The notes below the pieces were generated by a model. It was not told the DNA's origin. It searched no databases and saw only the letters and a list, made by a program, of their open reading frames with translations. A stretch of 64,000 bases of DNA from assembly GCA_964016885.1 (NCBI GenBank), contig OZ024743.1:338954001-339018000 (forward strand), read 5' to 3'. The translations under genes were made by a program, and so were the position numbers. How positions within the stretch are numbered: position 1 is the stretch's first letter; the number at the start of each line of letters is the position of its first letter. This document shows positions 33,955-46,675 of this stretch, piece by piece. The stretch is from Eledone cirrhosa. Its lineage: Eukaryota.

Positions 33955-36491
33955 CACAGGTTCTCAATCCATTTAAGCCAAACGCCCCCTTTTGTCCCTC
34001 AAAATCACGAAACGCCCCCCTACCCTATTTTTCCATTTTTCAATATACTACTGATTTTGATATCTGTAGATTACTAAAAAATTGATTAACAATATTCCAA
34101 AGGTACCATTGCAGGCAGCTGAGAGTATAAATACATTCCTTGAAAGGAAATATATAAATTTCAAAAAAAGGAACATAAATGTTCTTTTTTATGAATAAGG
34201 ACCAGTTGAATTTGTTATATTCCCACCAGGCGATACCTACTATTTTGAACATTTATACAAGAGCAACTCTATCCAAAGAGTGCTCTTATCTGGAAGAAAG
34301 TGGCAATTATATCATTTCAAAGCTTTCCAATTTTCCCTTTAATGAAACAGACAGAATAAATGTTGATATCTAACTTGATGTCCCCTCTGCTTTGTGAGCT
34401 TAGAGACCACGGAAGAGGGTTTTCATGACCACACGGGAGGGTATATTTATTAGTAAATGGTAAAAGATATACAACAAATGAGTAAGTGAATTGTAGTAGA
34501 TGGTTTCCAGTCCAGTCAGACTGCAACTACAAATAAAAAAAATTGTTAGTTTGCTTTGTAACAATAGCATATCTAAGTTTTCTGATAAATCAACTTACTT
34601 TAACTTTGACCTCATTTCAATGGGACCCTTGAACTTCATGGAGTCTAGCTAACTCTTTGACGTCAGGCTGGATTTTCGTAAGATGTAGCCGGAGATCTCC
34701 ACATGTAATTACATTGTAGTGGTTGCGAGCCTTACTGTGCAGTCTGGAAACAGCACCTAACCTCCTCTTGACTAAGTATGAGCTTGGAAAAGGCAGAGCA
34801 AATCTCTTAGCCTCTGCATGTAGGTGTGGAAATCGACGCTGAATTTCCTCTTGCATCCAAAAAAGGTGTTCACCTATTTTGGGAAATCTAATTTTGATCA
34901 TGTCATCTGCTTGAAGTTCAATGAATTCTTTCTGAAATATAACGTCCAAATCATCGACGTTAGCTATGAAGGGATCTGCTACCCACATTGGGATGTCCAT
35001 CGGCAAAAGGTCGACAAACCGTTCTCTCATGTTGTCTTGTAGTGCACGGAGGTGAGCGGTATAAATTTGGAGTTGGTCATCGCTTACAATGTTTTGAACA
35101 TTGGCGACACTAGGAAAATTATAGAATTCCCGTCAACAAAGATTCCTTTCGATGACATTCAATTTGGCCAGGAATGTTTTCACAGCATTCCTTGCTTTAA
35201 GCAAGGTGATCTTCCCCTGCAAAGGTCAAAATGATGCTATTGCATTTGTTGACGATGTCGGTGAGGTCTTGCCTCACATCGAGGGTTTTCTTGTACAGTT
35301 CTGTGTTGCATCCTCACAGAAACTCAATGATAGAGTCGAACAGTTCAAAGAAGTGAGTAAGGCACTTGCCCTTTGAAAGCCACCTCACTTCATTATGAAG
35401 GAGCAACTTGACGAATTCTTCGTCATTATCTTGGCACAGTTGCCGGAAAATTCGTTCATTGAAGGAATGCCGTTTGATAAAATTGATGACATCAGGGCCC
35501 ACCTGCTAGGACTTGCTCAGCGGCTTGCTGAGTTTCTTCACAGCCAAGTGTTGTCGATGAATGACACAATGAACAACAAATACAGATAGATTTTTCTCTC
35601 TTCAGAAGAGTGACGAAACCCTTATGTTGGCCGACCATTGCTCTTGCGTCGTCCGTAGCACATGATACAATGTGTGTTGTATTTGGTCCTAGATGTATGT
35701 ATTACCTGCCTGTGTGTTGTAGGTAGTCCTAGATGTATGTATTACCTGCTTATGTATTGCATGTGGTCCTAGATGTATGTATTACCTGATTATGTGTTGT
35801 ATGTAGTCCTAGATGTTTGTATTACCTGATTATGTGTTGTATGTGGTCCTAGATGTTTGTATTACCTGCTTATGTGTTGTATGTGGTCCTAAATGTATGT
35901 ATTACTTGCCTGTGTGTTGTATGTGGTCCTAGATGTGTGTGCTACCTCCTTATGTGTTGCATGTGGTCCTAGATGTGTGTATTACCTGCTTATGTGTTGT
36001 ATGTGGTCCTAGATGTGTGTATTATCTGATTATGTGTTGTATGTGGCCCTAGATGTGTGTGCTACCCGCTTCTGTTTTTTTAAATTTTTTTTTATTTGTA
36101 ATATTATTTATACAATAGGAAATAAAATAGATCTACATAGTGTTAACTCGTTATGGTTGAGTCAATAATTTCACACATGAAATACATTGTTATCGGTGAA
36201 GGAAAGACAAGATTCTAACTGGCTGCACTTGAAGTGTCATTGACCCAGTTGACTGGGTTTTTTCCATTGTTAGGATCTCAATTGCCGGTTAATGTCTAAA
36301 CACGCCTGCACACCTGCTCACAGCTGCGGTCAGACCATAGTTATGCTGTCTGTATGCTCATTCAAATGCATTCACACTGGCTCTCTCAAAGACATACAAA
36401 TATGGTTTATAAAACTTAACAAAGTAAAGAGCCTTCCAGTGCACTCCAAAACTCCAAACGCCCCCCCCCCCCCCCCCGTTGAGAACCTTTG
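33955..36491 (-). mobile_element. hAT (Buster-type) DNA transposon, defective
   Basis: TIRs CACAGGTTCTCAA / TTGAGAACCTTTG; 8-bp TSD TTCTAGAA (33947-33954, 36492-36499); transposase remnants at 34617-35665: TDDARAM, HCVIHRQHL, EVRWLSKG, PFPSSYL, DLRL. Confidence 0.92.
35672..36073. repeat. 40-bp minisatellite, about 10 copies, inside the hAT element
   Basis: The cctagatg motif recurs every 40 bp from about 35690 to about 36050. Confidence 0.95.
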
Positions 36492-37125
36492 TTCTAGAAC
36501 CTTCCTGCATCTCGCTCCCTAACTTCGTAATCACTTTGCTCTTTCTCTCATACCCCCCCCGCCTGATCGCAGGTATAATATACATCTTGTTGTTTCCCAA
36601 GGACAGAATTTATCTATCTAAATTATCTTACGGACGACCTGTTGATTTTGAGAATGTAAGCATTGTCTTCCATATTCCGCGGTCTTCCCGATGAGCAGTG
36701 TTTTTAAACTCCGAGATATGCTAGTCTACAATTCAAATTCCCTGTTTGTTTCTCTCGGATTTTCAATTAATATTTACATGTTTTTAAATGATTTGTCTCA
36801 TTCTGTTGGACCCTTCCTAAATCAAATCCTCCTAAAGTTACCCATTTCCCGCCCTCCCACTCCCACACACCACCATTGCTAATGGTCCAATCATAACTCA
36901 GCGGCTTTAGTAAGTTCCCTAATAAATCAGTATAGCAAAGCTACCGCCCCGGTTACTACTCCTTAAGTTTAGACCTGTTTGATGGGTTGACTGCAGAGAT
37001 TTGGAAAGTCTAAGCATTCAATGACGATGTCACTGATAAAGATAAATTCACCTCCTGCTGCAGGACAAGAATACAAAGACCCCTCTCTATTTCAGACACA
37101 AATGACCAACATAATTCCGTCCCCC

Positions 37126-38003
37126 AAGTTCAGAGAGCTTATACCACTATTAGCCGCTAAAGGGTTCGCCCTAAAAATGAAAGGCAGGCTGTACGATGCC
37201 TGCATACGAACAGCAATGTTGCATGGCAGTGAGACCTGGGCATTGTGTGCAGAGGATATACGCAGACTAGAGAGAAACGAAGCTTGCATGCTCCGCTGCA
37301 TGTGTAATAGTAATATACGTGAACGACAAAGCATAAACGAACTAAGGAAAAAATTAGAAATAAGAGGGATCAGATGTTGTTTACTCGAGAGAAGGCTACG
37401 TTGGTATGGTCACGTGATGCGCATGAAGGACGATAGCTGTATAACAAAGTGCAGGGCAATAAAGATAGACGGTAGCCACGGAATAGGCAGACCCAGAAAA
37501 ACCTGGGACGAGCTGATAAACTCCGACCTCACACACTTACACCTCACCAAGACAATGTCACTGGACCGAGACCTTTGGCAGTACTCAGTAATAGAGAAGA
37601 CCCGCCTTACCTAAATACAAAGTAAAACCTACTACAGTCAGTAGGCATCTCTAACAAAATACACCCCCGTCCCACCACCCCCACCCCATCCACACCGCCC
37701 CCTTCTATGTAAAGTTATGTTGGTGCCACACCATCCAGGCCGAAACAAATGAGATCGTGTAGGTGTCACGACAAAAAAACACACAGTCCACGCTGTAATG
37801 TGGCCGTGTAGGCAACACGGTAAAAACCTCCCAGACCCACACTGTAAATGTGGTTGGTGTTAGGAAGGGCATCCAACTGTAGAAAACCTGCCAGACAGTC
37901 CTATGCGAGCAAGACAACCACTCTTGCCTCAAGTGGGAAAACCCCCGTCCAAACCCATGCAAGCATGGAACACGGACGTTAAACGTTGATGATGATGATG
38001 ATG
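37126..38003 (+). mobile_element. RTE family B 3' fragment
   Basis: KFRELIPLL...EKTRLT*, 3' UTR, (GAT)n. Confidence 0.95.
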
Positions 38004-41000
38004 ACACCCCTCTCTGCCCCACTAACCCATCCATCCCACCCTCCCAAGTTCAGACTTGGTACCATGAACGTAGGCACATTAAAAGGTCGCTCAAATGAGG
38101 TTGTAGAGATGCTTGAACGTAAAGAAGTTGATGTTTGTTGTATTCAAGAGACTAGGTGGAGAGGGGGGGGGGGTCTGCCAGATTCATCGTGGGTAAAAAA
38201 CGATGCTATAAACTTTTCTGGGTGGGAAATGACAACGGACTGGGTGGAGTAGGAATTATGTTAGCTGAAAAATGGGTAGATAAGGTAATCGACGTAAATA
38301 GAGTAAATGACAGAATAATTAAAATAAGTCTAGTTCTAAATAAAACTACTGTGACAATAATATCCAATCTGGTCTACTTGATGTTATAAAGGACAGGTTC
38401 TATGAGACGCTAATGCACACAACCTACCAAATAACTGACAGCGACTACCTAATTATTGTTGGCGAAATAAACGGCCACATTGGACAACATAGTGATGGCT
38501 ATGATGGAATCCATGGAGGCTATGGGGTTGGAAATAGAAATGAGGAAGGCTTCAGAATCCTGGAATTCTGTGACGCCAATAACCTAACTATCTGTAACAC
38601 AAACTTCAAAAAACGTGAAAACCACTTGATCACCTATAGATCAGGGGAACACGCCAGCCAGATGGATTATATCCTTACTAGAAGACGAGACAAAGTGTCT
38701 GTTGTAAACACTAAATCCCTCCCCTGTGAAGAAGCCTAGTAGTTAGTGACCTCACAGTCAGAAATAGACGTACTCGACGACAGAGGAGGCCTACCTTGAG
38801 GAGAAGAATATGGAAGTTGAAGCACCCCATAGCCAGAGACAAATTTAAAAGCTTATTACTTGATGCCTTTGACAATAAGGAAGAGCAATTAGAGACGTGC
38901 GATATAGAGGAACAGTGGCATTTCTTGAAAGTGAACCTGCTGAAAGCAATGGATGAAATCTGTGGCTGGAGCAGACCTATTGGCAGGAGGAGAGTAACTT
39001 GGTGGTGGAACAGTAAGGTAGAAGAGACAATCAAGGCCAAAAAGCAGGCTTGGAAAGTATGGCAGAATGGGGGATGTAGAGAGCACTATCAAGTGGCCAG
39101 GAGAAAAGCTAGGAGACAAGTGTACCTTGCAAAAAGGGAAGCAGAGGAAAGAAAGTTCAAGCATGTTCTACAACATGAGGACCAAAAACGCGAGGTGTTC
39201 AGGATTGCTAGACAATGTGTGAAGGAAAACCGTGATATTGTTGGGGAGAAGTGTGTCCGTAATGATAACGGTGTACTTGCCCTCACTGATGCTGATAAGA
39301 AGATAGCCTGGAAGTGTCACTACGAGAGACTATTAAATGAAGAGAATAAGTGGGAAAAAGATAGTCTGTCCCAAATCGATCCAATAGAAGGACCAGCGGT
39401 GCAAGTTAAAGGTAGTATAATAAGTAAGGCAATCAAAGATATGAACACAGGCAAAGCAGCTGGGCCTTCGGAGATAATTGCTGAGATGTTGAAGGCATCT
39501 GGAATTGTGGGACATACTATGGTCACCTGTATAGTTAACCAAGTAATACAGAATGTGGTCATATCAAAAGACTGGTGTAGCAGCATCATCATTAACTGCT
39601 ACAAGGGTAAAGGAGATGCTCTAGATAGAGGAAACTATAGAGGCATTAAGTTAGTTGACCAGGTCATGAAGGTCACAGAAAGAGTTATAGCGCAACTAAT
39701 CAGAGAGCGAATTGATCTAGATGAAATGCAGTTTGGGTTTGTGTCAGGTAAAAGTACCACAGACGCTCTTTTCCTTGTACGACAACTACAAGAGAAGTAA
39801 GTACCTAGCTAAAAGTAAACCCCTCTGACCTGGAAAAAGCCTTTGACAGAGTCTCCCGCTCCTTTATCTGGTGGGCTCTTAGAAAACTAGGTGTAGATGA
39901 ATGGCTTGTGAGAGCTATACAAGCTATGTATAATGAAACAGTCAGTAAGGTTAGAATTAACAATGAATATTGTGAAGAATTTAGTGTAAAAGTTGGTGTT
40001 CACCAAGGCTCTGTCCTTAGCCACCTCCTATTTATTATTGCCCTTCAGGCTATAACAGAGGAGTTCAAGACCGGCTGCCCATGGGAACTCCTATACGCAG
40101 ATGATCTAACGCTCATAGCTGAATCAATGGCTGAACTAGAAAAGAAATTCCAAACATGGAAGCATAGCCTAGAATCAAAAGGCCTTAAAGTTAACTTGTC
40201 TAAGACTAAAGTCCTCGTTTGTAGAAAGGAAAATAAGGCACAGGTACCCCCAGGGAAATGACCTTGCTTAGTGTGTAGGAAAGGAGTAGGCAGAAATTCA
40301 ATTTTATGTCCCAAATGCAAAGTATGGGTACATAAAAGATGTAGTGGGATCACAGGTAAACTATCTAAGAAGGTAGACTTTATATGGCTGATGCTCAGGT
40401 GCAATAGGTAGCAAGTGTCCACAGGATACTAGCCCCTTCTATTGCCCAGATGGTTCTATAGAATAGTAGACACTTTCCCTTACCTGGGTGACGAAATCAG
40501 CAGTGGTGGAGGGTGTTCTGAAAGTACAGTAGCCAGAGTCAGAACGGGATGGAAAAAGTTCAGAGAACTTATACCGCTGTTGGCCACAAAAGGTTTCTTT
40601 CTAAAAATGAAAGGCAGATTGTATGATGCTTGTATACGAACAGCAATGCTACATGGCAGTGAGACATGGGCATTACGTGCAGAGGACCTGCGTAGACTGG
40701 AAAGGAACGAAGCATGCATGCTCCGTTGGATGTGTAATAGTAATATACGTGAACAGCAAAGCATAAATGAACTAAGTAAGAAATTAGGAATAAGAGGGAT
40801 CAGATGCTGTTTATTCGAGAGAAGACTACGTTGGTATGGCCACGTGATGCGCATGAAAGACGACAGCTGTATAAAAAAGTGCAGGGCGATCAAAATTGAT
40901 GGTAGTTACGGAGTAGGTAGACCCAGAAAAACCTGGGACGATCTGATAAATTCCGACCTTATACACTTGCACCTCTCTAAGACAATGTCACTGGACCGAG

Positions 41001-41464
41001 ATCTTTGGCACTACGCAGTAATACAGAAGAGCCGCCTTGCCTATGTACAAAGCGAAACCTACAGTCAGTAGGCACCTCTTAACCAAATATACACCCCAAT
41101 CCACTACCCCTACCCTATCCTCCCACTCCCACAACACCACACCCTCTCTCTATAAAGTTGGTACCACAACATCCAGTCCAAATAAATGAGATAATGAGAT
41201 CGAGATCGTGTAGGTGTCACGAGAAAAAAAACACACAGCCACGCTATAATGTGGCCATGTAGGTAACACAGTAAAAAGTTCCCAGTTCCACACTGTAAAT
41301 GTGGTTGGTGTTAGGAAGGGCATCCAGCCGTAGAAAACCTGCCCGAAGTCCTATATGAGCGAGACATGGTCACCCGACCAACCTTGCCTCAAGTGGGACA
41401 ACTCCCGTCTAACCCATGCTAGCATGGAAAATGGATGTTAAACAAAGATAATGATGATGATGAT
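38004..41464 (+). mobile_element. RTE LINE (B-related), near-complete APE plus RT, disrupted
   Basis: RLGTMNVGTL, CCIQETRW, QMDYIL, YADDL; multiple stops and frameshifts; (GAT)n tail. Confidence 0.94.
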
Positions 41465-41482
41465 ATATATATATATATAAAT

Positions 41483-41752
41483 GAGAGAAGACTGAGATGG
41501 TATGAACATGTGATGCGCATGGAGAATGACCGCTGGGTAAAGAAGTGCCAAGAAATCCCAGTAGAAGGAAGACGCAGTAGAGGAAAACCACGAAAAACAT
41601 GGGCGGAGGTGGTGAGAGCAGACCTCAGATCGCTGAAACTCACGGAGGAGATGACGAAGGACCGTGACAAGTGGAGAGAAGCTGTGCTGAATAGGACCCA
41701 TCCCACCCTTGCAAGCAGGGAAAAGCGGATGTAAAATGATGATGATGATGAT
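41483..41752 (+). mobile_element. RTE family C 3' fragment
   Basis: ERRLRWY...PTLASREKRM*, then (GAT)n. Confidence 0.92.
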
Positions 41753-41754
41753 AT

Positions 41755-42508
41755 ATACGTGCAAAGTTAACCTAGAGTCAGTAGACTCCTCCTAACCAAA
41801 TATGCACCCCAACCCACTACCCCTACTCCATCCTCCCACTCCCACCAACACCACCCTTTCTCTGTAAAGTTATGTTGGTACCACAACATCCAGTCCAAAC
41901 TAAAGAGGTTGTGCAGGTGTCACGACAAAAGAACACACAGTCCACGCTGTAATGTGGCTGTGTAGGAAACATGGTAAAAAGGGTCCCAGTCCACACTAAA
42001 TGTGGTTGGTGTTAGGAAAGGAAGGCATCTATCCGTTGAAAACCTGCCAGAAGGTACATGGCTTAGTGGTTAGAGCATTGGCCTTGCAATCGAAAGGTTG
42101 TGAGTTCAATTCGCAGACCGAGTGATGTGTTGTTTCCTTGAGCAAGACACTTTATTTCACATTGCTCCAGTTTACTCAGCTGTAGAAATGAGATGATAGG
42201 GACTGGGGTCCCTATCATTCCACTGTGAAGTGGTCGTGGAGGTGCCACGGCAAAAAAGCACCCAGCACTCACTGTAAATGAGGTTGGTGTTAGGAAGGGC
42301 ATCCAGCTGTAGAAATCAAGCCAGAATCAGTTCCCGTCCCACCCTTGCAAGCAGGGAAAAGAGGACGTAAAATGATGATGATGATGATGATGATGATGAT
42401 ACAGTTCTACATGAGCGAGACATGGTCACTCGATCAATCTTGCCTCAAGTGGGAGAATTCCCGTCTAACCCATGCTAGCGTGGAAGATAGATGTTAAACG
42501 ATGATGAT
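41755..42508 (+). mobile_element. RTE B-related 3' UTR fragment split by a SINE
   Basis: aacctgccag (ends 42050) resumes as acagttct (starts 42401). Confidence 0.8.
42051..42400 (+). mobile_element. tRNA-derived SINE with CORE-like middle and RTE-derived tail
   Basis: A box tggcttagtgg, B box gagttcaattc, ccttgagcaagacactt domain, RTE 3' end, (GAT)n. Confidence 0.88.
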
Positions 42509-42699
42509 ATATATATATATATATTTTATATACTTGAATATTAGTCACCACCACCCCATTTTATGTCTGAGAAATGGGTGAAAATCCAAACCCCATCTAT
42601 AAGACGAAGCAGCTGATCAACACATTGTTTAGATGGCGTATATAAGCCCCCCCCCCCCATTTTACCATTGATATATTTGGTCACTTATATTCGAATATA

Positions 42700-42794
42700 T
42701 TCAATATATGAGCAAGACACGGTCACCTGACCTGGCATTGCCCACAACAGGACAACCCGTCTAACCCATGCTAGCATGGAGACATTGACGTAAA

Positions 42795-42829
<35 letters not shown>
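42700..42829 (+). mobile_element. RTE terminal 3' UTR fragment
   Basis: acaacccgtctaacccatgctagcatgg...(GAT)n. Confidence 0.8.
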
Positions 42830-42883
<54 letters not shown>

Positions 42884-42928
42884 AGAGTTTTGTAGCTTGC
42901 TTGAAACATTGTTGAATAGGAAACATAA

Positions 42929-43101
42929 ATTTAAATTTTTAAAGCCAAACAATGTGTTATGGAGAACATTAGCTAGCCAAAATGAAAGAATCTTACCTTA
43001 GCAAATTAAACGATCGTTAAATTTGCTATAGTAAGATTCTTTTGTTATCTTGGTGATCTATTGTTCTCCATAACACATTGTTTGGCTTTCAAAATTTAAA
43101 T
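42929..43101. repeat. Imperfect ~173-bp palindrome (MITE-like)
   Basis: aaagccaaacaatgtgttatggagaaca pairs with tgttctccataacacattgtttggcttt; centre aacgatcgtt. Confidence 0.85.
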
Positions 43102-43156
43102 ATATATATATATTTATATACACATACACACTACAAACTCCTTGTTCACTTGCATG

Positions 43157-43195
<39 letters not shown>

Positions 43196-43546
43196 TGTCA
43201 TTTTAACGTCTGCTTTTCCTTGCTATATATTCTTACTTGAGTGTGATTTCGTATTAGAAAGAATAAGTCATTGACATGTAAGCATAGAGGTAATTTATAT
43301 ATCCAAATACATGGTGTTAGTAACATGCACTAAAAAAACTACCACTTTTATAGACATTGTTAGCAAAAGCACGTATTCTCTTTATGTACATCTTGTCATG
43401 CCAAATCATCAGTTAGCCATAAGAGGCACATACATGTTCTGATAATGGAGTATGCTTGTTTTTTTTCACTTTGCTTTTCATCATGTATCAAATACCACTA
43501 TGATTTGTGGTCTTCCTGGATTACGCACAGCAGACGCCCCATATAT

Positions 43547-46500
43547 ATCATCATCATCATCATCATCAACGTTTAACGTCCGTGTTCCACGCTTGCATGG
43601 GTTTGGACGGGGGGTTTTCCCACTTGAGGCAAGAGTGATTGTTTTGCTCGTATAGGACTGTTTGGCGGGTTTTCTACAGTTGGATGCCCTTCCTAACACC
43701 AACCACATTTACAGTGTGGGGCTGGGAGGTTTTTACCGTGTTGCCTACACGGCCACATTACAGCGTGGACTGTCAGGCGGGTTTTCTACAGCTGGATGCC
43801 CTTCCTAACACCAACCACATTTACAGTGTGGGGTTGGGAGGTTTTTACCGTGTTGCCTACACGGCCACATTACAGCGTGGACTGTGTGTTTTTTGTTGTG
43901 ACACCTACACAATCTCATTTGTTTCGGCCTGGATGTTGTGGCACCAACATAACTTTACATTGAAAGGGGCGGTGTGGATGGGGTGGGGGTGGTGGGACGG
44001 GTGTGTGTTTTGTTAGAGATGCCTACTGACTGTAGTAGGTTTTACTTTGTATTTAGGTAAGGCGGGTCTTCTCTATTACTGAGTACCGCCAAAGGTCTCG
44101 GTCCAGTGACATTGTCTTGGAGAGGTGTAAGCGTGTGAGCTCGGAATTTATCATGTCGTCCCAGGTTTTTCTGGGTCTGCCTACTCCGTGGCTACCGTCT
44201 ATCTTTATTGCCCTGCACTTTGTTATACAGCTGTCGTCTCTCATGCGCATCACGTGACCATACCCACGTAGCCTTCTCTCGAGTAAACAACATCTGATCC
44301 CTCTTATTTCTAATTTTTTCTTTAGTTCGTTTATGCTTAGCCGTTCACGTATATTACTATTACACATCCAGCGGAGCATGCAAGCTTCGTTTCTCTCTAG
44401 TCTGCGTATATCCTCTGCACACAATGCCCAGGTCTCACTGCCATGCAACATTGCTGTTCGTATGCAGGCATCGTACAGCCTGCCTTTCATTTTTAGGGCG
44501 AACCCTTTAGCGGCTAATAGTGGTATAAGCTCTCTGAACTTTTTCCATCCAGTTCTGACTCTAGCTACTGTACTTTCAGAGCACCCTCCCCCACTGCTGA
44601 TTTTGTCACCCAGGTAATGGAAGCTGTCCACTATTTCTATAGAACCCTCTGCGCAATTGAAAGAGCTAGTATTTTGTGGGCACTTGCTGCTACTTATTGC
44701 ACCAGAGCACCGGCCACATGTAAAATCTATGTTCTTAGTTAGCTTACCTGTGATCCCACTACATTTTTTATGCACCCATACTTTGCATTTGGGACATAAA
44801 ATGGAGTTTCTACCTACGCCTTTCCTACACACTGAGCATGGCCATTTCCCGGAAGAGACCGCCACCTTATTTTCTTTCCTACAAACTAGAACTTTAGTCT
44901 TAGCCAGGTTAATTTTAAGGCCTTTTGATTCTAGGCCGTGCTTCCATGTTTGGAATTTCTTCTCTAGCTTGGTCATTGATTCAGCTATGAGCGTTAGATC
45001 ATCTGCGTATAGGAGTTCCCATGGGCAGCCGGTCTTGAACTCCTCTGTTATAGCCTGAAGGGCAATAATAAATAGTAGGGGGCTAAGAACAGAGCCCTGA
45101 TGGACACCAACTTTTACGCTAAACTCTTCACTATATTCGTTGTTAATTCTAACCTTGCTGACTGTTTCTTTATACATGGCTTGTATAGCTCTCACAAGCC
45201 ATTCGTCAACACCTAGTTTTCTAAGAGCCCACCAGATAATGGAACGGGGACTCTGTCGAAGGCTTTCTCCAAGTCAACAAAAGCTAAGTATAGGGGTTTA
45301 CTTTTAGCTAGGTACTTCTCCTGTAGTTGTCGTACAATGAAAAGAGCGTCTGTGTTACTTTTGCCTGACACAAACCCGAACTGCATTTCATCTAGATCAA
45401 TTCTCTCTCTGATTATTTGCGCTATTACTTTTTCCGTGACCTTCATGACTTGGTCGATTAATTTAATGTCTCTATAGTTACACCTATCTAGGGCATCTCC
45501 TTTACCCTTATAACAGTTAATGATGATGCTGCTATGCCAGTCCTTCGGAACAACCCCATTCTGTATGACTTGGTTTACTATCCGGGTGACCATGGTTTGT
45601 CCCACCGTTCCCGAGGCTTTCAGCATCTCAGCAACTATTTCCGAAGGCCCAGCCGTCTTACCCGTCTTCATATCTTTGATTGCCTTACTTATTATACTAC
45701 CTTCGACTAACACTGCTGGTCCCTCTATTGGGTCGATGTGGGGGAGACTGTCTTTCTCCAATTTGTTCTCCTCATTTAGAAGCCTTTCGTAGTGACACTT
45801 CCAAGCTATCTTCTTATCAGTGTCAGTGATGGCAAGTATGCCATCATCATTAAGTACACACTTCTCCCCGACAATATCACGGTTTTCCTTGACACATTGC
45901 CTAGCAATCCTGAACACCTCATGTTTTTGGTCCTCACGTTGTAGAACATGCTTGAACTTTCTTTCCTCTGCTTCCCTTCTTGCGAAGTACACTTGTCTCC
46001 TAGCTTCCCTCCTGGCCACTTGATAGTCTTCTCTACTTCCCCCATCCCGCCATACTTTCCAAGCCTGCTTTTTGGCCTTAATTGACTCCTCCACCTTACT
46101 GTTCCATCACCATGTTACTCTCCTCCTACCTACAGGCCTGCTCCAACCACAGACTTCATCTGCCGCCGTCAGCAGGTTTGCTTTCAGGAATTCCCACTGT
46201 TCCTCTATATTATATGACTCTAATTGCTCTTCCTTACTGTCGAAAGCATCAAGTAATATGCTTTGAAATTTATTTCTGGCTATGGGGTCCTTTAGCTTCC
46301 ATACTTTTCTCCTGATGATAGTCCTCTTCTGCTGTCTAGTACGTCTCGTCCTGACTATGAGGTCGCTAATTATCAGTCTATGTTGGGAGGTGCATTCTTC
46401 ATGGGGGAGGGATTTAGTGTTAACAACAGACACTCTGTCACGTCTTCTGGTAAGGATATAATCTACCTGGCTTGTGTGTTCCCCCGATCTATAGGTGATC

Positions 46501-46675
46501 AAGTGATTGTCTCGTTTTTTGAAGTTAGTGTTACAGATAGTTAGCCTTCCTCATTTCTAGTACCGAACCCATAGCCTCCATGGATTCCGTCATAGCCGTC
46601 ACAATGTTGTCCAACGTGACCTTTTAGGTCGCCTGCAATAATTATAGAGTCACTGTCGGTTATTTGGGAGGTAGC
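43547..46675 (-). mobile_element. RTE family B, truncated in APE, frameshifted; 112-bp duplication in the 3' UTR
   Basis: ORF pieces 44053-45195, 45213-46094, 46107-46502. Confidence 0.95.

Noticed and set aside
35672-36073. CRISPR-like array
   Set aside because: Contiguous 40-bp units with no unique spacers, eukaryotic context, no cas genes
42051-42125. tRNA gene (also 63126-63200)
   Set aside because: A and B boxes are present, but the acceptor stem is poor and the sequence continues into a SINE body and tail
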